A stretch of 64,000 nucleotides of DNA. Source: a virus. The notes beneath the pieces are model-generated. The model did not search any database and had not been told where the DNA came from. It was given only the letters and a program-made list of their open reading frames with translations. Each line of letters begins with the position of its first letter. Within the stretch, counting starts at the first letter, position 1. The translations under genes were made by a program, and so were the position numbers. This document shows, piece after piece, positions 18,390 through 28,092 of the stretch. The stretch lies in the IMG/VR virus record IMGVR_UViG_3300016472_000923; one strand, 5' to 3'.

Positions 18390-18946
18390 AACTGTGTTCT
18401 TTCTATCACAGCATATCCAAAACTGCGGTCGTCATAGATCAGATATTTCCATTGTGTATTTTTAATCACGAACCGGTCTATGACATCTTTGATCGGGGGA
18501 TATTTGGCATCATGAAACACTATGTATTTTCTCACATGAGAAGCATGTAGCCGTAGTTCTTGAATCACATGCTTGGCATCATGCAAACTATCTACCAGCA
18601 TCATATCCACATCAGTGAAGACCATGTTGGGATCAACGCTGGAGGTTTGATTGAGATTGAGCGCACCAGAGAAATCTTTGAACACATGCTGGTGTGGTAC
18701 AAGTCTTTCAAAAGTCACATCTATCAACTCAACAAACTTCATGTTGGGATTTCCTAACATCGCTGCAGCCGCACTGACTCCTTGGAAAGCACCCAGCTCC
18801 TTGTAACTGTCGCAGTATTGGGCCAATCGTTTGATCTCTTCCCAGTAAAGCACGAAATGCTCACCGTATTGTGCAGTGAACTGCACACAGGCCTGATCAT
18901 ACAGTTCTTGTAGGCTACGGCATTGAGAAAAATCTGGGTGTATCAT
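18386..18946 (-). CDS. Methyltransferase (Methyltransf_24-like)
   Basis: ELGAFQGVS, LVDSLH, IVFHD. Confidence 0.8.
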   Translation of the reverse strand: MIHPDFSQCRSLQELYDQACVQFTAQYGEHFVLYWEEIKRLAQYCDSYKELGAFQGVSAAAAMLGNPNMKFVELIDVTFERLVPHQHVFKDFSGALNLNQTSSVDPNMVFTDVDMMLVDSLHDAKHVIQELRLHASHVRKYIVFHDAKYPPIKDVIDRFVIKNTQWKYLIYDDRSFGYAVIERTQL

Positions 18947-18947
18947 A

Positions 18948-19523
18948 TCAGAGATTCAAAACATATACTCTGCAAGGACAACGACCTTTGATACCTGTGG
19001 TGTCAAAGGTGGTTGACAGAACAAGGCCCAATTCATTAAATATTTCTCTCAGTTCCGGGTCATGTATCTCCAATGGATCAGAAGCTCGGGCATAATTGTC
19101 TTCTGGCGCATAAGCATGTTCTACATACAAGGTACCGCCGGGGGCCAATTGATCTGCCCATGTTCTCAGTGCCAGCACAGGATCGTAGGAATGATCTATA
19201 GCATTGCTGTAAACGATGTCCATGGTACCGGTCCAATCCAGATTTACTTCATGGAAATCCCATTGCACAGTCATGGGAAACTGATCAGCGGTGGGACTGA
19301 TCTCAGTTCCCATGATCCAGGCCGCAGGAAAAAACTCTTGGAAATATCGTTGTTCCGCGGCATTCCTGGTGCCATGGCAAAGTATACGGTGCGCATGGTC
19401 ATGTCTGGCAGAGATGGTTTTGATCGTGTGACGATCTACCCAGACATTCTTGATTTTGCGTACATTGGCCTCGACCTGGGCCGCTACATACTCCTCGTGA
19501 TTCTTGTATTGGTAGATTTTCAT
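18948..19523 (-). CDS. Class I SAM methyltransferase
   Basis: LCHGTRN, DIVYSNAIDH, LAPGG; start MKIY overlaps the upstream stop. Confidence 0.75.
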   Translation of the reverse strand: MKIYQYKNHEEYVAAQVEANVRKIKNVWVDRHTIKTISARHDHAHRILCHGTRNAAEQRYFQEFFPAAWIMGTEISPTADQFPMTVQWDFHEVNLDWTGTMDIVYSNAIDHSYDPVLALRTWADQLAPGGTLYVEHAYAPEDNYARASDPLEIHDPELREIFNELGLVLSTTFDTTGIKGRCPCRVYVLNL

Positions 19524-20095
19524 GCGGAAGTCAAAGGAATTTTTACATAGACTTTTTTGGTGGCACTTACTATGTACTGATCGCCAAACATTTCTTTGAT
19601 GGCCTGCATGGTGCCAGGAATCCAATCAACCACATCATCGAACCAAATCACGCCGCCTGGCACCATCATAGGCAGTATGTGAGCTACACTGTTTTTGATA
19701 GCTCGGTATTGGTCACAATCGATGTGTGCAAACGCTATGGCGGGCATGGGCACGGCGCTGTCAGGAAATATACCCTTGATCACTGTGGCGTAAGGTAGCT
19801 GAGAGCGTACTGTTTCATAGTCAGTGTCACTGAAGTCACCCACTTTGTGATGATCTATATCGTCCTTGAACGGAATACCTTCAAATGTATCATACAAGAA
19901 TACCTGACGATTCTGTTTTTTAGCTACCTCACAAAGGTGCCAAGCAGTGCCTCCTTGATACACACCTACCTCCATGAAACAGCCCGGTGGAGTAGCTGCT
20001 GCTACTTCTCTCATTTCAGTTATGACCTTGCCCTGTACCTTGGTAGGTAAAGCATCAGGATAATATTTTTTCATGTATTTGTCGTTACCGCCCAT
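19520..20095 (-). CDS. TylF/MycF-family sugar O-methyltransferase
   Basis: EVGVYQGG, YDTFEGIP, KGIF, HIDCDQY, PGGVIWFDD. Confidence 0.88.
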   Translation of the reverse strand: MGGNDKYMKKYYPDALPTKVQGKVITEMREVAAATPPGCFMEVGVYQGGTAWHLCEVAKKQNRQVFLYDTFEGIPFKDDIDHHKVGDFSDTDYETVRSQLPYATVIKGIFPDSAVPMPAIAFAHIDCDQYRAIKNSVAHILPMMVPGGVIWFDDVVDWIPGTMQAIKEMFGDQYIVSATKKVYVKIPLTSA

Positions 20096-20121
20096 GTTTT
20101 TCCTTGTTCGTTATGTAGGTA

Positions 20122-20127
20122 TATTTA
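20122..20127 (-). promoter_or_regulatory. T4-like late promoter TAAATA
   Basis: Upstream of SD AAGGA and ATG 20095. Confidence 0.55.
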
Positions 20128-20925
20128 GCCCGTGGATTCGCCGATGATTCGCATGAGTTGTGGCACATTCTCACCGCGAGCCGGTAGCAGATCTTTGAGG
20201 AAGAAATGTATGAAATGTGCCTGAGTCAAGCAATTGTCTGGTACGGCTTTGTACAAGGTGTTCCATTTCCAATCTAGATTCAGACGAGGCATGTTGGTTT
20301 TCTTGACCCACCAGTTTAACAACATCTGGTCGGTGCTCCAGCGGAAATATCCCATGCCATCGATAAAATCTTGGAATTCAGGCCTGGACAGAAATTCCTT
20401 GGGTGTCTGTCCGTTGAGGTAAGGAGCGAATGTTTCCGAGTTGATGACCATCATGCCCATGTTGTAAAATTCTGCCCCGACAGAATTCCACAGCCAATCT
20501 ACATCTGACAACTGGCCGAATGCGGCTCGACTGTATTTGGTTATCTTGGATCGATGTTTGTCTGTGCAAGGTAGATCTCGCTCGGCAACTGCCCCAAAGG
20601 CTTGGCCTAGAGGAAGATACTCAAAGATATCAGGAGCTGTGTTGCGTATAAGGATATCGCTGTCGACCACTGCTATTTGATCAAACTGATCAATGTACGC
20701 GAATGCGTTCTCTTTTTCGAATATGGGCAAGTATCCCAGGCGTTCCACTGCTTCGCGGCTGCGCTGAGTGCGATCCATGTCTGGCCGTATTTTCAATATA
20801 GGTTCGCGTTGTACGATATGCTGTATTCCGTGCCGACGACAGTATTCAGCCACACTGGCCACGCACCGATCATACAATGCGCTGGGCTGGCCAACATATA
20901 CCTGGTATATCATCCGGCGGCTCAT
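20125..20925 (-). CDS. GT-A glycosyltransferase (GT8-like)
   Basis: VVDSDI, YNMGMM, DQMLLN, KWN, HFIHF. Confidence 0.82.
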   Translation of the reverse strand: MSRRMIYQVYVGQPSALYDRCVASVAEYCRRHGIQHIVQREPILKIRPDMDRTQRSREAVERLGYLPIFEKENAFAYIDQFDQIAVVDSDILIRNTAPDIFEYLPLGQAFGAVAERDLPCTDKHRSKITKYSRAAFGQLSDVDWLWNSVGAEFYNMGMMVINSETFAPYLNGQTPKEFLSRPEFQDFIDGMGYFRWSTDQMLLNWWVKKTNMPRLNLDWKWNTLYKAVPDNCLTQAHFIHFFLKDLLPARGENVPQLMRIIGESTG

Positions 20926-21503
20926 TGTAGATCTCTCGTAAAACTGAATGGGTTCTGCCGGACTTGGACTCTTCGGTCAAGATCAAACTTGACATCCACT
21001 ATACCATCACACAACATCCAGTCAGCAGGCATGGCTCCATTGGCCTGAACCCAGTTCAAGATCCTGTCGGCACCCAGTGGTGTGATCACATAGGCCCTGG
21101 CACCTTCCCACCACTGTCCAGCAGGTATGGGTTTACTAGGTCTGAATCCTTCAAATTTCAACACATGCTGGAAGTCATATTGTGTCGGTGGCGCACACAG
21201 GAATTCAACGTCGTGCTCGAATATCATGATAGGTCGATCTTGATTTCGGCAGAGATTCCATAACCGCCAGTGGCTCACAAAACAACCCTGTGTACCTGGC
21301 CGTTGCATGTACTTCACACATTTTTTATGGTCGGGATATATCTTGATGCCAAAGTCGGCCAAGGTCTGTTGGCGTCCGTCGGTGGCCTCGAAATATTCAA
21401 CCGGCCACTGGTAAGATTGTGCGGTATCATGCGCGTGTTGGCTCCATGCCCGGCTGTTATCAAAATGAGACAGTCTTATGATATATCCAGCGGGTCTCGC
21501 CAT
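20922..21503 (-). CDS. GT25-family glycosyltransferase
   Basis: FEATDG, GCFVSHWRLW, IFEHD, AYVITP. Confidence 0.85.
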   Translation of the reverse strand: MARPAGYIIRLSHFDNSRAWSQHAHDTAQSYQWPVEYFEATDGRQQTLADFGIKIYPDHKKCVKYMQRPGTQGCFVSHWRLWNLCRNQDRPIMIFEHDVEFLCAPPTQYDFQHVLKFEGFRPSKPIPAGQWWEGARAYVITPLGADRILNWVQANGAMPADWMLCDGIVDVKFDLDRRVQVRQNPFSFTRDLQ

Positions 21504-22261
21504 TTCTCTAACCTATTAACAAATTCTGCTTGATTCTTTAGATCTCCTTTGCCGGTGAAAAAAATCATGTTCCTTTTTTCTCCCCAGGAGCACCAAAGCA
21601 CATCGATGGTTTCAAATTCAATTGTGGAAAAGATTTCTTTGAGTTTCCATTGATCCATAAACCAGAAGGCTCCTTGTTCAAACATTTCAATCAACCCATT
21701 TTTGAATCTTTGTCGGAAATCCATGCCGGCTTCTCCTAGCCCGAGACTGATGCAACTGGCCAGCAAGGAATCAGGATCTTTGGGCTTGCGTTGACCGCGT
21801 GGCAGGCTGGTGAGAGCTTCAAAGTCTTTCAGCAAAAAGGGACGACACAACACAGTATCTGCATCGACCTGTAACACATACTGGTTGTGTCTAAACAGAT
21901 CCGCCATACGCATGAATCTAGCACAACTGAAATATATCTTTTCTTTGATTTGATATTCGTCTTCGATTTTCAATATCTGCTGATTGCGATACTGACGTTT
22001 AGGATCTGGATTGAGTATGATGTTGTCAATGAAACTTTTGTCGATTATCTCGTAACTCACAGTCACTCTCGACTGTTTTTTTATTTGTGGGGGTTCATAA
22101 CATATGAGATGTACATGGACTTTGATCCATTCTACTTGTTCCAGAATACTGTTGATCAATGGAAGTACCATGCGCTGGTAATAGACCATGTCCGCAGACA
22201 CATAGATTATGTGCCGACCCAGTGGCTTATCGCCCTGTAAAGGTGGTAGTACGAATGCCAT
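21476..22261 (-). CDS. Putative GT-A glycosyltransferase
   Basis: SAD..Y, CARF, QVDAD, WFMDQ, TGKG. Confidence 0.65.
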   Translation of the reverse strand: MAFVLPPLQGDKPLGRHIIYVSADMVYYQRMVLPLINSILEQVEWIKVHVHLICYEPPQIKKQSRVTVSYEIIDKSFIDNIILNPDPKRQYRNQQILKIEDEYQIKEKIYFSCARFMRMADLFRHNQYVLQVDADTVLCRPFLLKDFEALTSLPRGQRKPKDPDSLLASCISLGLGEAGMDFRQRFKNGLIEMFEQGAFWFMDQWKLKEIFSTIEFETIDVLWCSWGEKRNMIFFTGKGDLKNQAEFVNRLEKWRDPLDIS

Positions 22262-22293
22262 GTTATTCCTTGAAACAAATATAGTTATGATCG

Positions 22294-23052
22294 TTAATAC
22301 TTGCGGTAATCAATCAAACTTTTATCTATCCAAGGAAGGGTGAGATCTCTCTGTCTAAGATATCCATGCTTCATGATGCCACGCACAGCAGATTCTGGCA
22401 ACAACCCGGACTCTGCCAACTCATACCAGGAAGTGGTCCTGGGATCTCGAGGTTGTTGATCACTGCGATAAACCACAGCGTGCAGCCACGGATCATCGGC
22501 CAACTTGCGGAAAAACCCGCTTGCACAATCCCATCCTGTAACAGCCAACATGTGGATCAGATTGACCAAAGTATAATGATAATATTGACCATTGTGTTGG
22601 TCAAAGGCCTGGGTGTTGAACTCGAGATTAGTGGTCTGAGGCACGACCAAACACAGCATGCCGCCAGGTTCCATGATTTCGCGCCATCGACGCAGAGTAG
22701 ACAAAGGGTCTAGCACATATTGGAAGCTGTCATGACACCATATGACATCAAATAATCTGGATCCCAGTGGGAGTTCTTTTTCAAAATCCTGTCGGATGTA
22801 TCGCACTCCCCGTAGACTCTCAATGGTCTTGGACTTATCCATGAGATCCACACCGGTACATTTGATCTCCAACGGCTTGGGATTTTCTAAATCTCGAGTG
22901 GTACGATTCGCCCACCAGGCAAGATCCAATCCTTCACCGCAGCCCATGTCGCACAGTGTGCCCACGCTCATCATGAAATCATCAAACTCGTAAAGAGTGT
23001 TTAAAGTTTTTAGAGCATGTTGATGACTGTCTTGGGCGCTACGGAACATCAT
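22294..23052 (-). CDS. Class I SAM methyltransferase
   Basis: DMGCGEG, FDVIWCHDSFQY, EPGGML. Confidence 0.88.
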   Translation of the reverse strand: MMFRSAQDSHQHALKTLNTLYEFDDFMMSVGTLCDMGCGEGLDLAWWANRTTRDLENPKPLEIKCTGVDLMDKSKTIESLRGVRYIRQDFEKELPLGSRLFDVIWCHDSFQYVLDPLSTLRRWREIMEPGGMLCLVVPQTTNLEFNTQAFDQHNGQYYHYTLVNLIHMLAVTGWDCASGFFRKLADDPWLHAVVYRSDQQPRDPRTTSWYELAESGLLPESAVRGIMKHGYLRQRDLTLPWIDKSLIDYRKY

Positions 23053-23501
23053 ACTTGGATGTCCTCCATGCCTGCAGTTCGCAGGCGCACGATATGGCCC
23101 ATCTGCCATTGTTTGGTATCAAGCCCTTTCATGATACCCAACCAACGATTGCGTAGCAAGGCCACTTCGTTGATTATGGTCTCAAAGTCTATGACTTCGT
23201 CCTCGCCGTCTACATACTTTTCGGCGTCGCGGCTGGTGAGTTGCCGGGCATAAGCTTCGAGATATTTTTGGAAATGACGACGACGGATTTTCCGCAGTTG
23301 TATATTGAGAAAATTCAGTATGGCTTCGATTTCTTGCAGTTGATTGAAACGATGCTCTGTGATACCAGGAAGCTCTTTGATGTTGTGTTCTACATAACCG
23401 CCGATCCTGCACTCGCGTTTGGCCTCCTCTAGCTCACGCTCATAATGCGCGATAAAGTCAGGAATGGAGCCAAGGTTAGCGACTACGCGACTATACCACA
23501 T
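23049..23501 (-). CDS. uvsY: UvsY-like recombination mediator
   Basis: Helical 150 aa with AEKYVDGEDEV and KQWQ..IVRLRTAG; close to uvsX. Confidence 0.72.
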   Translation of the reverse strand: MWYSRVVANLGSIPDFIAHYERELEEAKRECRIGGYVEHNIKELPGITEHRFNQLQEIEAILNFLNIQLRKIRRRHFQKYLEAYARQLTSRDAEKYVDGEDEVIDFETIINEVALLRNRWLGIMKGLDTKQWQMGHIVRLRTAGMEDIQV

Positions 23502-24750
23502 AGGCTTCGTATTTGGTCAACCACGGAAACAATGATCTCCAATCTGTCCCACGACGGCGATCCTTTTCGTCAAGATAGGTCATGAGTTTGGTGATCTCTG
23601 CAATATTGATTTGGCTTTTTTGTATGCGGTTCATTATACCTTGCATGTAACCTTTGGTGATTAGATCTTCTTCTGATTCAGTGGGCATGATGGCCAATAT
23701 TTTTTCAAAATCCTCTTTGAACTCCTCACCGCCGAGTATACCAGCATCAAAATATGAAGGGCCCGGCGTAGGGCCACTGAAATGGTAGTGTATCTTTTTG
23801 GTAAGACTCCAGTGGTTTATTTTGGCTAGTAGTTCGGGCATGGTCTTGATAGTCAACGCTGTGATCGTGCTGTTTATATTAATGTACAGCCATTTATTTG
23901 TCAATAGATACTCAAAATTGGCTTCCCATTGTTTGAGATCTAATCCAGACCGCACAAATTCTTGTTGCGGCCCCCAACAATCTAGACTGCAAGTGATATC
24001 TATGCGACCCAGTTTTTTTGCGAGCACTAAATCTTTTAACCGTTCTATGAGATTCTTGACTCTATCAATATCTGCGCTGAGATTGGTCACGATATTCAAC
24101 TCGCATCTTGGATTGGGATATCGTGCGATCATTTCCAACAGGGTGTCTGTTTCTTTTTGATACAACGGTTCGCCACCCAAAACACCAAGTCGTCGCAGTC
24201 GTGGAAATCCCTCAGGGAACCACTGCCAAAAACTAGGAGACAAATCTCGACTTTGATTTTTGACTTCTTCTAATAAGATGCCTCTCTTTTCAAATCTACC
24301 AAATTTTCTGTTCTCTTGATTTATCGCCGAACTTAATCCACCGTGGCAATACAGGCAAGACAAATTGCAGGTATTATTGAAGAAGACCTCGACCACTGTT
24401 GGGTAAACATGTACTGCAGTAGGATCACTATCTAGTTCTTCAGGATAAAGATCTGGAATATCGATTTGCCGCAGGCGGTCACTGATTCCACCTTTTTCCT
24501 CGATGTTTCTGCAGTATCCGCAACTTTTGTCTGGCCATTGGCCTTGCAGCATCTTTTCTCGATCGGCCAACACTTCTCGATTGTTATGGAAATCATCGAA
24601 ATTTTCAGGGGTGAGGCTATATTGCCCTGTGCGATGGCAGGTCCGAGAATAGCCGGGTGATAGATATAATGCAGTCCAACTCCATTTCAGTTGGCAGGAT
24701 GTGGCTGTACGGATAGGAAAGATTCTTTGCCTATCAGTAGTCCTCTTCAT
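23491..24750 (-). CDS. Radical SAM protein with N-terminal Cys-rich (twitch-like) region
   Basis: CNLSCLYC, LGGEPL, TN; extra CHR..CGYC. Confidence 0.9.
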   Translation of the reverse strand: MKRTTDRQRIFPIRTATSCQLKWSWTALYLSPGYSRTCHRTGQYSLTPENFDDFHNNREVLADREKMLQGQWPDKSCGYCRNIEEKGGISDRLRQIDIPDLYPEELDSDPTAVHVYPTVVEVFFNNTCNLSCLYCHGGLSSAINQENRKFGRFEKRGILLEEVKNQSRDLSPSFWQWFPEGFPRLRRLGVLGGEPLYQKETDTLLEMIARYPNPRCELNIVTNLSADIDRVKNLIERLKDLVLAKKLGRIDITCSLDCWGPQQEFVRSGLDLKQWEANFEYLLTNKWLYININSTITALTIKTMPELLAKINHWSLTKKIHYHFSGPTPGPSYFDAGILGGEEFKEDFEKILAIMPTESEEDLITKGYMQGIMNRIQKSQINIAEITKLMTYLDEKDRRRGTDWRSLFPWLTKYEAYVV

Positions 24751-24970
24751 CTATTTCACTTTCGTCCGTGTCATCGTCGTCAATGTCTAGGAAACTCTGC
24801 AGAGACTTTTTGATATCGCTGTCCCCTTTGAAGGTATCGCGAATATCTTCCGCATCATAATCATTATCGATCAACAGATTTACTAGAATGTCAGCCGCTT
24901 CGCTACGGTCGGGTACTGAGATATATCTTTTTAACTCTTGCCAAAGGTCGTGTGCTAAATCTACTGCCAT
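24734..24970 (-). CDS. Small acidic hypothetical protein
   Basis: 78 aa with an acidic tail; SD GGAGG upstream. Confidence 0.6.
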   Translation of the reverse strand: MAVDLAHDLWQELKRYISVPDRSEAADILVNLLIDNDYDAEDIRDTFKGDSDIKKSLQSFLDIDDDDTDESEIDEEDY

Positions 24971-24971
24971 G

Positions 24972-26033
24972 TTATTCCTCCTCAGATGCTTCTTCGGTAG
25001 TACTTACCTCAGTCTTTTGATTTTGGAAATCTCTCATGACTTTGTCCAAGCAACCATCTTCGTTGCTTTCCCAACCCTTGCGGAAATACTTGATGATCTC
25101 ACCTTCTGAAGTGACGAACATCAGCTTGTTACCATCCTTCTTGAGCATGCCTTTCTTCTCAGCAAGGTCTGTGAGACCTGAGTAGGGATTCATGCCAGTC
25201 TCATAAGGAATCTTGACCTGCACACCTTCAAAAGGTTTGGCATAGCGTGTCTTCATGACCTTACAGGCTGATCGAATGCCCATGACATCAGAGATCTTGT
25301 TGCCATCTTCGTCCTCTTTCAACTTCAGTTTACGCATTGCCACCACGATTGATGACGCATAGATGAAGCCTTGACCACCCGAAATCTTGTCATCGGGATC
25401 GAACATGTCCTGGCTGGCGTAGGTGTGATTGGTACATACCATGCCAACATTGTAGTTACCGAACATGTTCACGCAGTTACGCACCAAGGCTGTAAGGCTC
25501 TTGGCCTTGCGACCTAGATCGCCTTTCATGTCACCGGCTTCGAACTGGTTCACATCAGTGGGAGTCAGCAACATGCCCACCGAGTCGATCACAAACATGA
25601 CCTTGGGACGCTCATCTGCTGGCAGGCCTTTGTAATCGGCCATGAAGGTACTGATGGTCTTGGCCACATCGTCGATCATGGCCATGCTCAACTTTAGCAG
25701 TTTCTTCTCATCTGTGTCCACACCAAGAGCATGCAACCATGCTTCGTCCAAGGCATTTTCTGTGTCGATGAGAACCACAAATATTCCTTGTTCCTGTGCG
25801 TGTTTGACTATGTTGCCAGAACAGATATATGATTTACCTGCTCCTGACTCACCTGCAAACACAGTGACCTTGCCCAGTGGCACACCTTTATTGAAGTCTC
25901 CGGAAATGAGATAGTTCAAGGCATAGTTGCCTGTGGAAATCCAATCAGTGGGATCGTTGAAACCGATGGAAAGTCCATCGATTGATTTTGTTATTTCCTT
26001 GCGGAATTTTGAAACATCAAAGGGTTTTGCCAT
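24972..26033 (-). CDS. uvsX: RecA-like recombinase UvsX
   Basis: GESGAGKS, IDTE, VIDS, NHTY, SGG. Confidence 0.95.
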   Translation of the reverse strand: MAKPFDVSKFRKEITKSIDGLSIGFNDPTDWISTGNYALNYLISGDFNKGVPLGKVTVFAGESGAGKSYICSGNIVKHAQEQGIFVVLIDTENALDEAWLHALGVDTDEKKLLKLSMAMIDDVAKTISTFMADYKGLPADERPKVMFVIDSVGMLLTPTDVNQFEAGDMKGDLGRKAKSLTALVRNCVNMFGNYNVGMVCTNHTYASQDMFDPDDKISGGQGFIYASSIVVAMRKLKLKEDEDGNKISDVMGIRSACKVMKTRYAKPFEGVQVKIPYETGMNPYSGLTDLAEKKGMLKKDGNKLMFVTSEGEIIKYFRKGWESNEDGCLDKVMRDFQNQKTEVSTTEEASEEE

Positions 26034-26042
26034 GGATTCCTC

Positions 26043-26960
26043 TCAATTTAAAATAAGTTTTGCAGCATTTTGTTGCTTGGCGTTTCTATACAACATTTTC
26101 CTATAGGTAGTTAGTTTGTTTTCTAAATCAATGATATTTCCTATAGGCAATTGATTTGTGATTGGTTTCACTCCCATTTTTCTTGTCCACTCTAAAAATT
26201 CAGGACTCCATGCATTGGTTTGAGGCCTGTCTAAATTGATATGGAATGACCATTGTAATTTTTCATAGTTATAGTGATCTGTGCATTCAAGTGAGGTATC
26301 CCAAAATTGCCACTTGTTGTAATATTGTCGGCCTACATAGGTGTAGCCAAAACAAAAATTTACTCGGTCTGGATTGCTTATCATTGTGTCAATAAACGGA
26401 TTTTCAAATCCCATCTCGGCCCATTTATTTGAACTCGAGTACTCTCGATTTCGATAAAAAACTTGTTCTAGACGATGCACAGTCATGTTTATTTCTTCAT
26501 ATGGATATATGTAACCTAACTTTTGCATGATCGGTGCTGTCTTTATTTTACGCAAGTCAGGTGGATATAAATCGTGTAATTTGGCACCTATCTTGGCTAC
26601 ATCAATGGTACTTGAAAATCTCAACTGATCGATGTCTATTATTTTATTTTGAGACATCGCCCACAATTCGTGCTGCCTATTAAGAATTTTTTGATCTAAG
26701 TACTCTTCAAGATTGTTGTGTTGCGGAAAATTCTCGCCAGTGAGTAACCAATAGACTTCATTGGTTTTGCTCAATGCAGAGTTGATGTCATTCAATTTGG
26801 CATCAATTTCTTTATCAATGTTATCCTTGTTAAAGAATTGGTTACAATTTTCCTGATTGGCCTTGTCAATAAACCAATCAATTAGATCGTGATTGTATCT
26901 AACTTCAAACGGAATGGTATCTCCGGTATTTTCAAAGACAATATTGAATTTCATAGTCAT
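26043..26960 (-). CDS. Hypothetical protein (apparent paralog of 6263-7075)
   Basis: AT-rich ORF between ssb and uvsX with shared motifs; start uncertain. Confidence 0.6.
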   Translation of the reverse strand: MTMKFNIVFENTGDTIPFEVRYNHDLIDWFIDKANQENCNQFFNKDNIDKEIDAKLNDINSALSKTNEVYWLLTGENFPQHNNLEEYLDQKILNRQHELWAMSQNKIIDIDQLRFSSTIDVAKIGAKLHDLYPPDLRKIKTAPIMQKLGYIYPYEEINMTVHRLEQVFYRNREYSSSNKWAEMGFENPFIDTMISNPDRVNFCFGYTYVGRQYYNKWQFWDTSLECTDHYNYEKLQWSFHINLDRPQTNAWSPEFLEWTRKMGVKPITNQLPIGNIIDLENKLTTYRKMLYRNAKQQNAAKLILN

Positions 26961-26961
26961 G

Positions 26962-26987
26962 ATGTGGGAGCAAGTTTGCTCCCACAT
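26962..26987 (-). other. Strong hairpin 3' of ssb (no U-tract)
   Basis: ATGTGGGAGCAA/TTGCTCCCACAT inverted repeat. Confidence 0.6.
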
Positions 26988-26997
26988 TCCTTAACGA

Positions 26998-27987
26998 TTA
27001 CTGCTTGTTTTGGCGTGCGCGGATCATGGCCAGGATGTCCTGCGCATTCTGACCACCTGCCGCAGGCTTGGCCACTGGTGCCGTTGCCGCTGCAGGTTCG
27101 TCTTCGTCAAACGAACTCACGGGTGCTGCTTTAGGGGTGACCGGGGCCGGTGCGGCTTCCTCATCTACAACGGGCGCCGATGAAGATGCTGCGGATGGAG
27201 CCGCTATGCCGGCTGGTCGAAAGTATTGACCCCAACGATCGGGATCATAGGGTTTGCCGTCCACAGAGGCTTCGAACATCTCTTTCATCACCTTGAGTTC
27301 GACTTCTGTAGGCTTTTTGGGCAGGAACTCAGCCAGGGTGAACAAGCCATGTGCTTGGAGGGCCGCTTGTTCTGCTTCGGTCAAGGCTGTTTCCTTGCGT
27401 GACCATTTAGAGGTTGAATAATCTGCGTATCCACCTTTTGATGTCTTGGTGATACGGAAGTCAAGGCCACGCATGAGATCGGTTGGCAGTTCTTCCAATT
27501 CAGGATCCATCAAGGCCGATTTGATCAGCGTGAAGATCTGAGGACCGATGATGAATCTGCGGACGGGATTCTCGGGAGTCTTGTCATCGCTGAGAGGATT
27601 CTCGCGAACGAAGCCTTGCATGATGTAGCTGCGCTTCTTCCAATACTTACGACCCATGTCCTCGAGACTCTTGTCTTTGAACCAGGTGCGGACTTCGGCC
27701 AGGATCGGGCATGATTCGCCCCACATTTCCACGCAGGGCACTTGTACTTGCACCTGTTTGGAATCCATCTCACCTTTGATGCCTGCGAATGGCAGTTTGA
27801 TCATGGCCCGTTCGATCCAGAAGAAAGTGTTCTTTGCGTCGCCGTCAGGCAAGAACCGCAGCGTGGCGCTGTGTCCTTCTTCCATGTTCCAGTGGGGGTA
27901 AATCGCGTTGTCGCCGCCAGTTGATTGACCGCCTTTGTTCGTCTCAGCGGCTTGGAGACGTGCGCGGATTTCTGCTAGAGATGCCAT
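26998..27987 (-). CDS. gp32: gp32-like single-stranded DNA-binding protein
   Basis: LRFLP, CVEM..SCPI, YWKKRSY, GYADYSTSKW, low-complexity tail; start MASLAEIR with SD AAGGA. Confidence 0.9.
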   Translation of the reverse strand: MASLAEIRARLQAAETNKGGQSTGGDNAIYPHWNMEEGHSATLRFLPDGDAKNTFFWIERAMIKLPFAGIKGEMDSKQVQVQVPCVEMWGESCPILAEVRTWFKDKSLEDMGRKYWKKRSYIMQGFVRENPLSDDKTPENPVRRFIIGPQIFTLIKSALMDPELEELPTDLMRGLDFRITKTSKGGYADYSTSKWSRKETALTEAEQAALQAHGLFTLAEFLPKKPTEVELKVMKEMFEASVDGKPYDPDRWGQYFRPAGIAAPSAASSSAPVVDEEAAPAPVTPKAAPVSSFDEDEPAAATAPVAKPAAGGQNAQDILAMIRARQNKQ

Positions 27988-28062
27988 AGTATGATTGTCC
28001 TTTCGTTGCCTATGTTTACTTCTGCCTTTGTGTACTGCTTGCCTAATGCGTACACTGAAACT

Positions 28063-28092
28063 AGTGTACACGATACTATTTAGCAAAGTCAA
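28063..28092 (-). promoter_or_regulatory. Composite sigma70 and late promoter for ssb
   Basis: TTGACT-18-TACACT with TAAATA (28077-28082) nested in the spacer. Confidence 0.6.

Noticed and set aside
8418-23052. Host-derived capsule/LPS island, implying a bacterial contig
   Set aside because: There are no transport or polymerase genes, it carries phage late promoters, and it is flanked by phage core genes on both sides.
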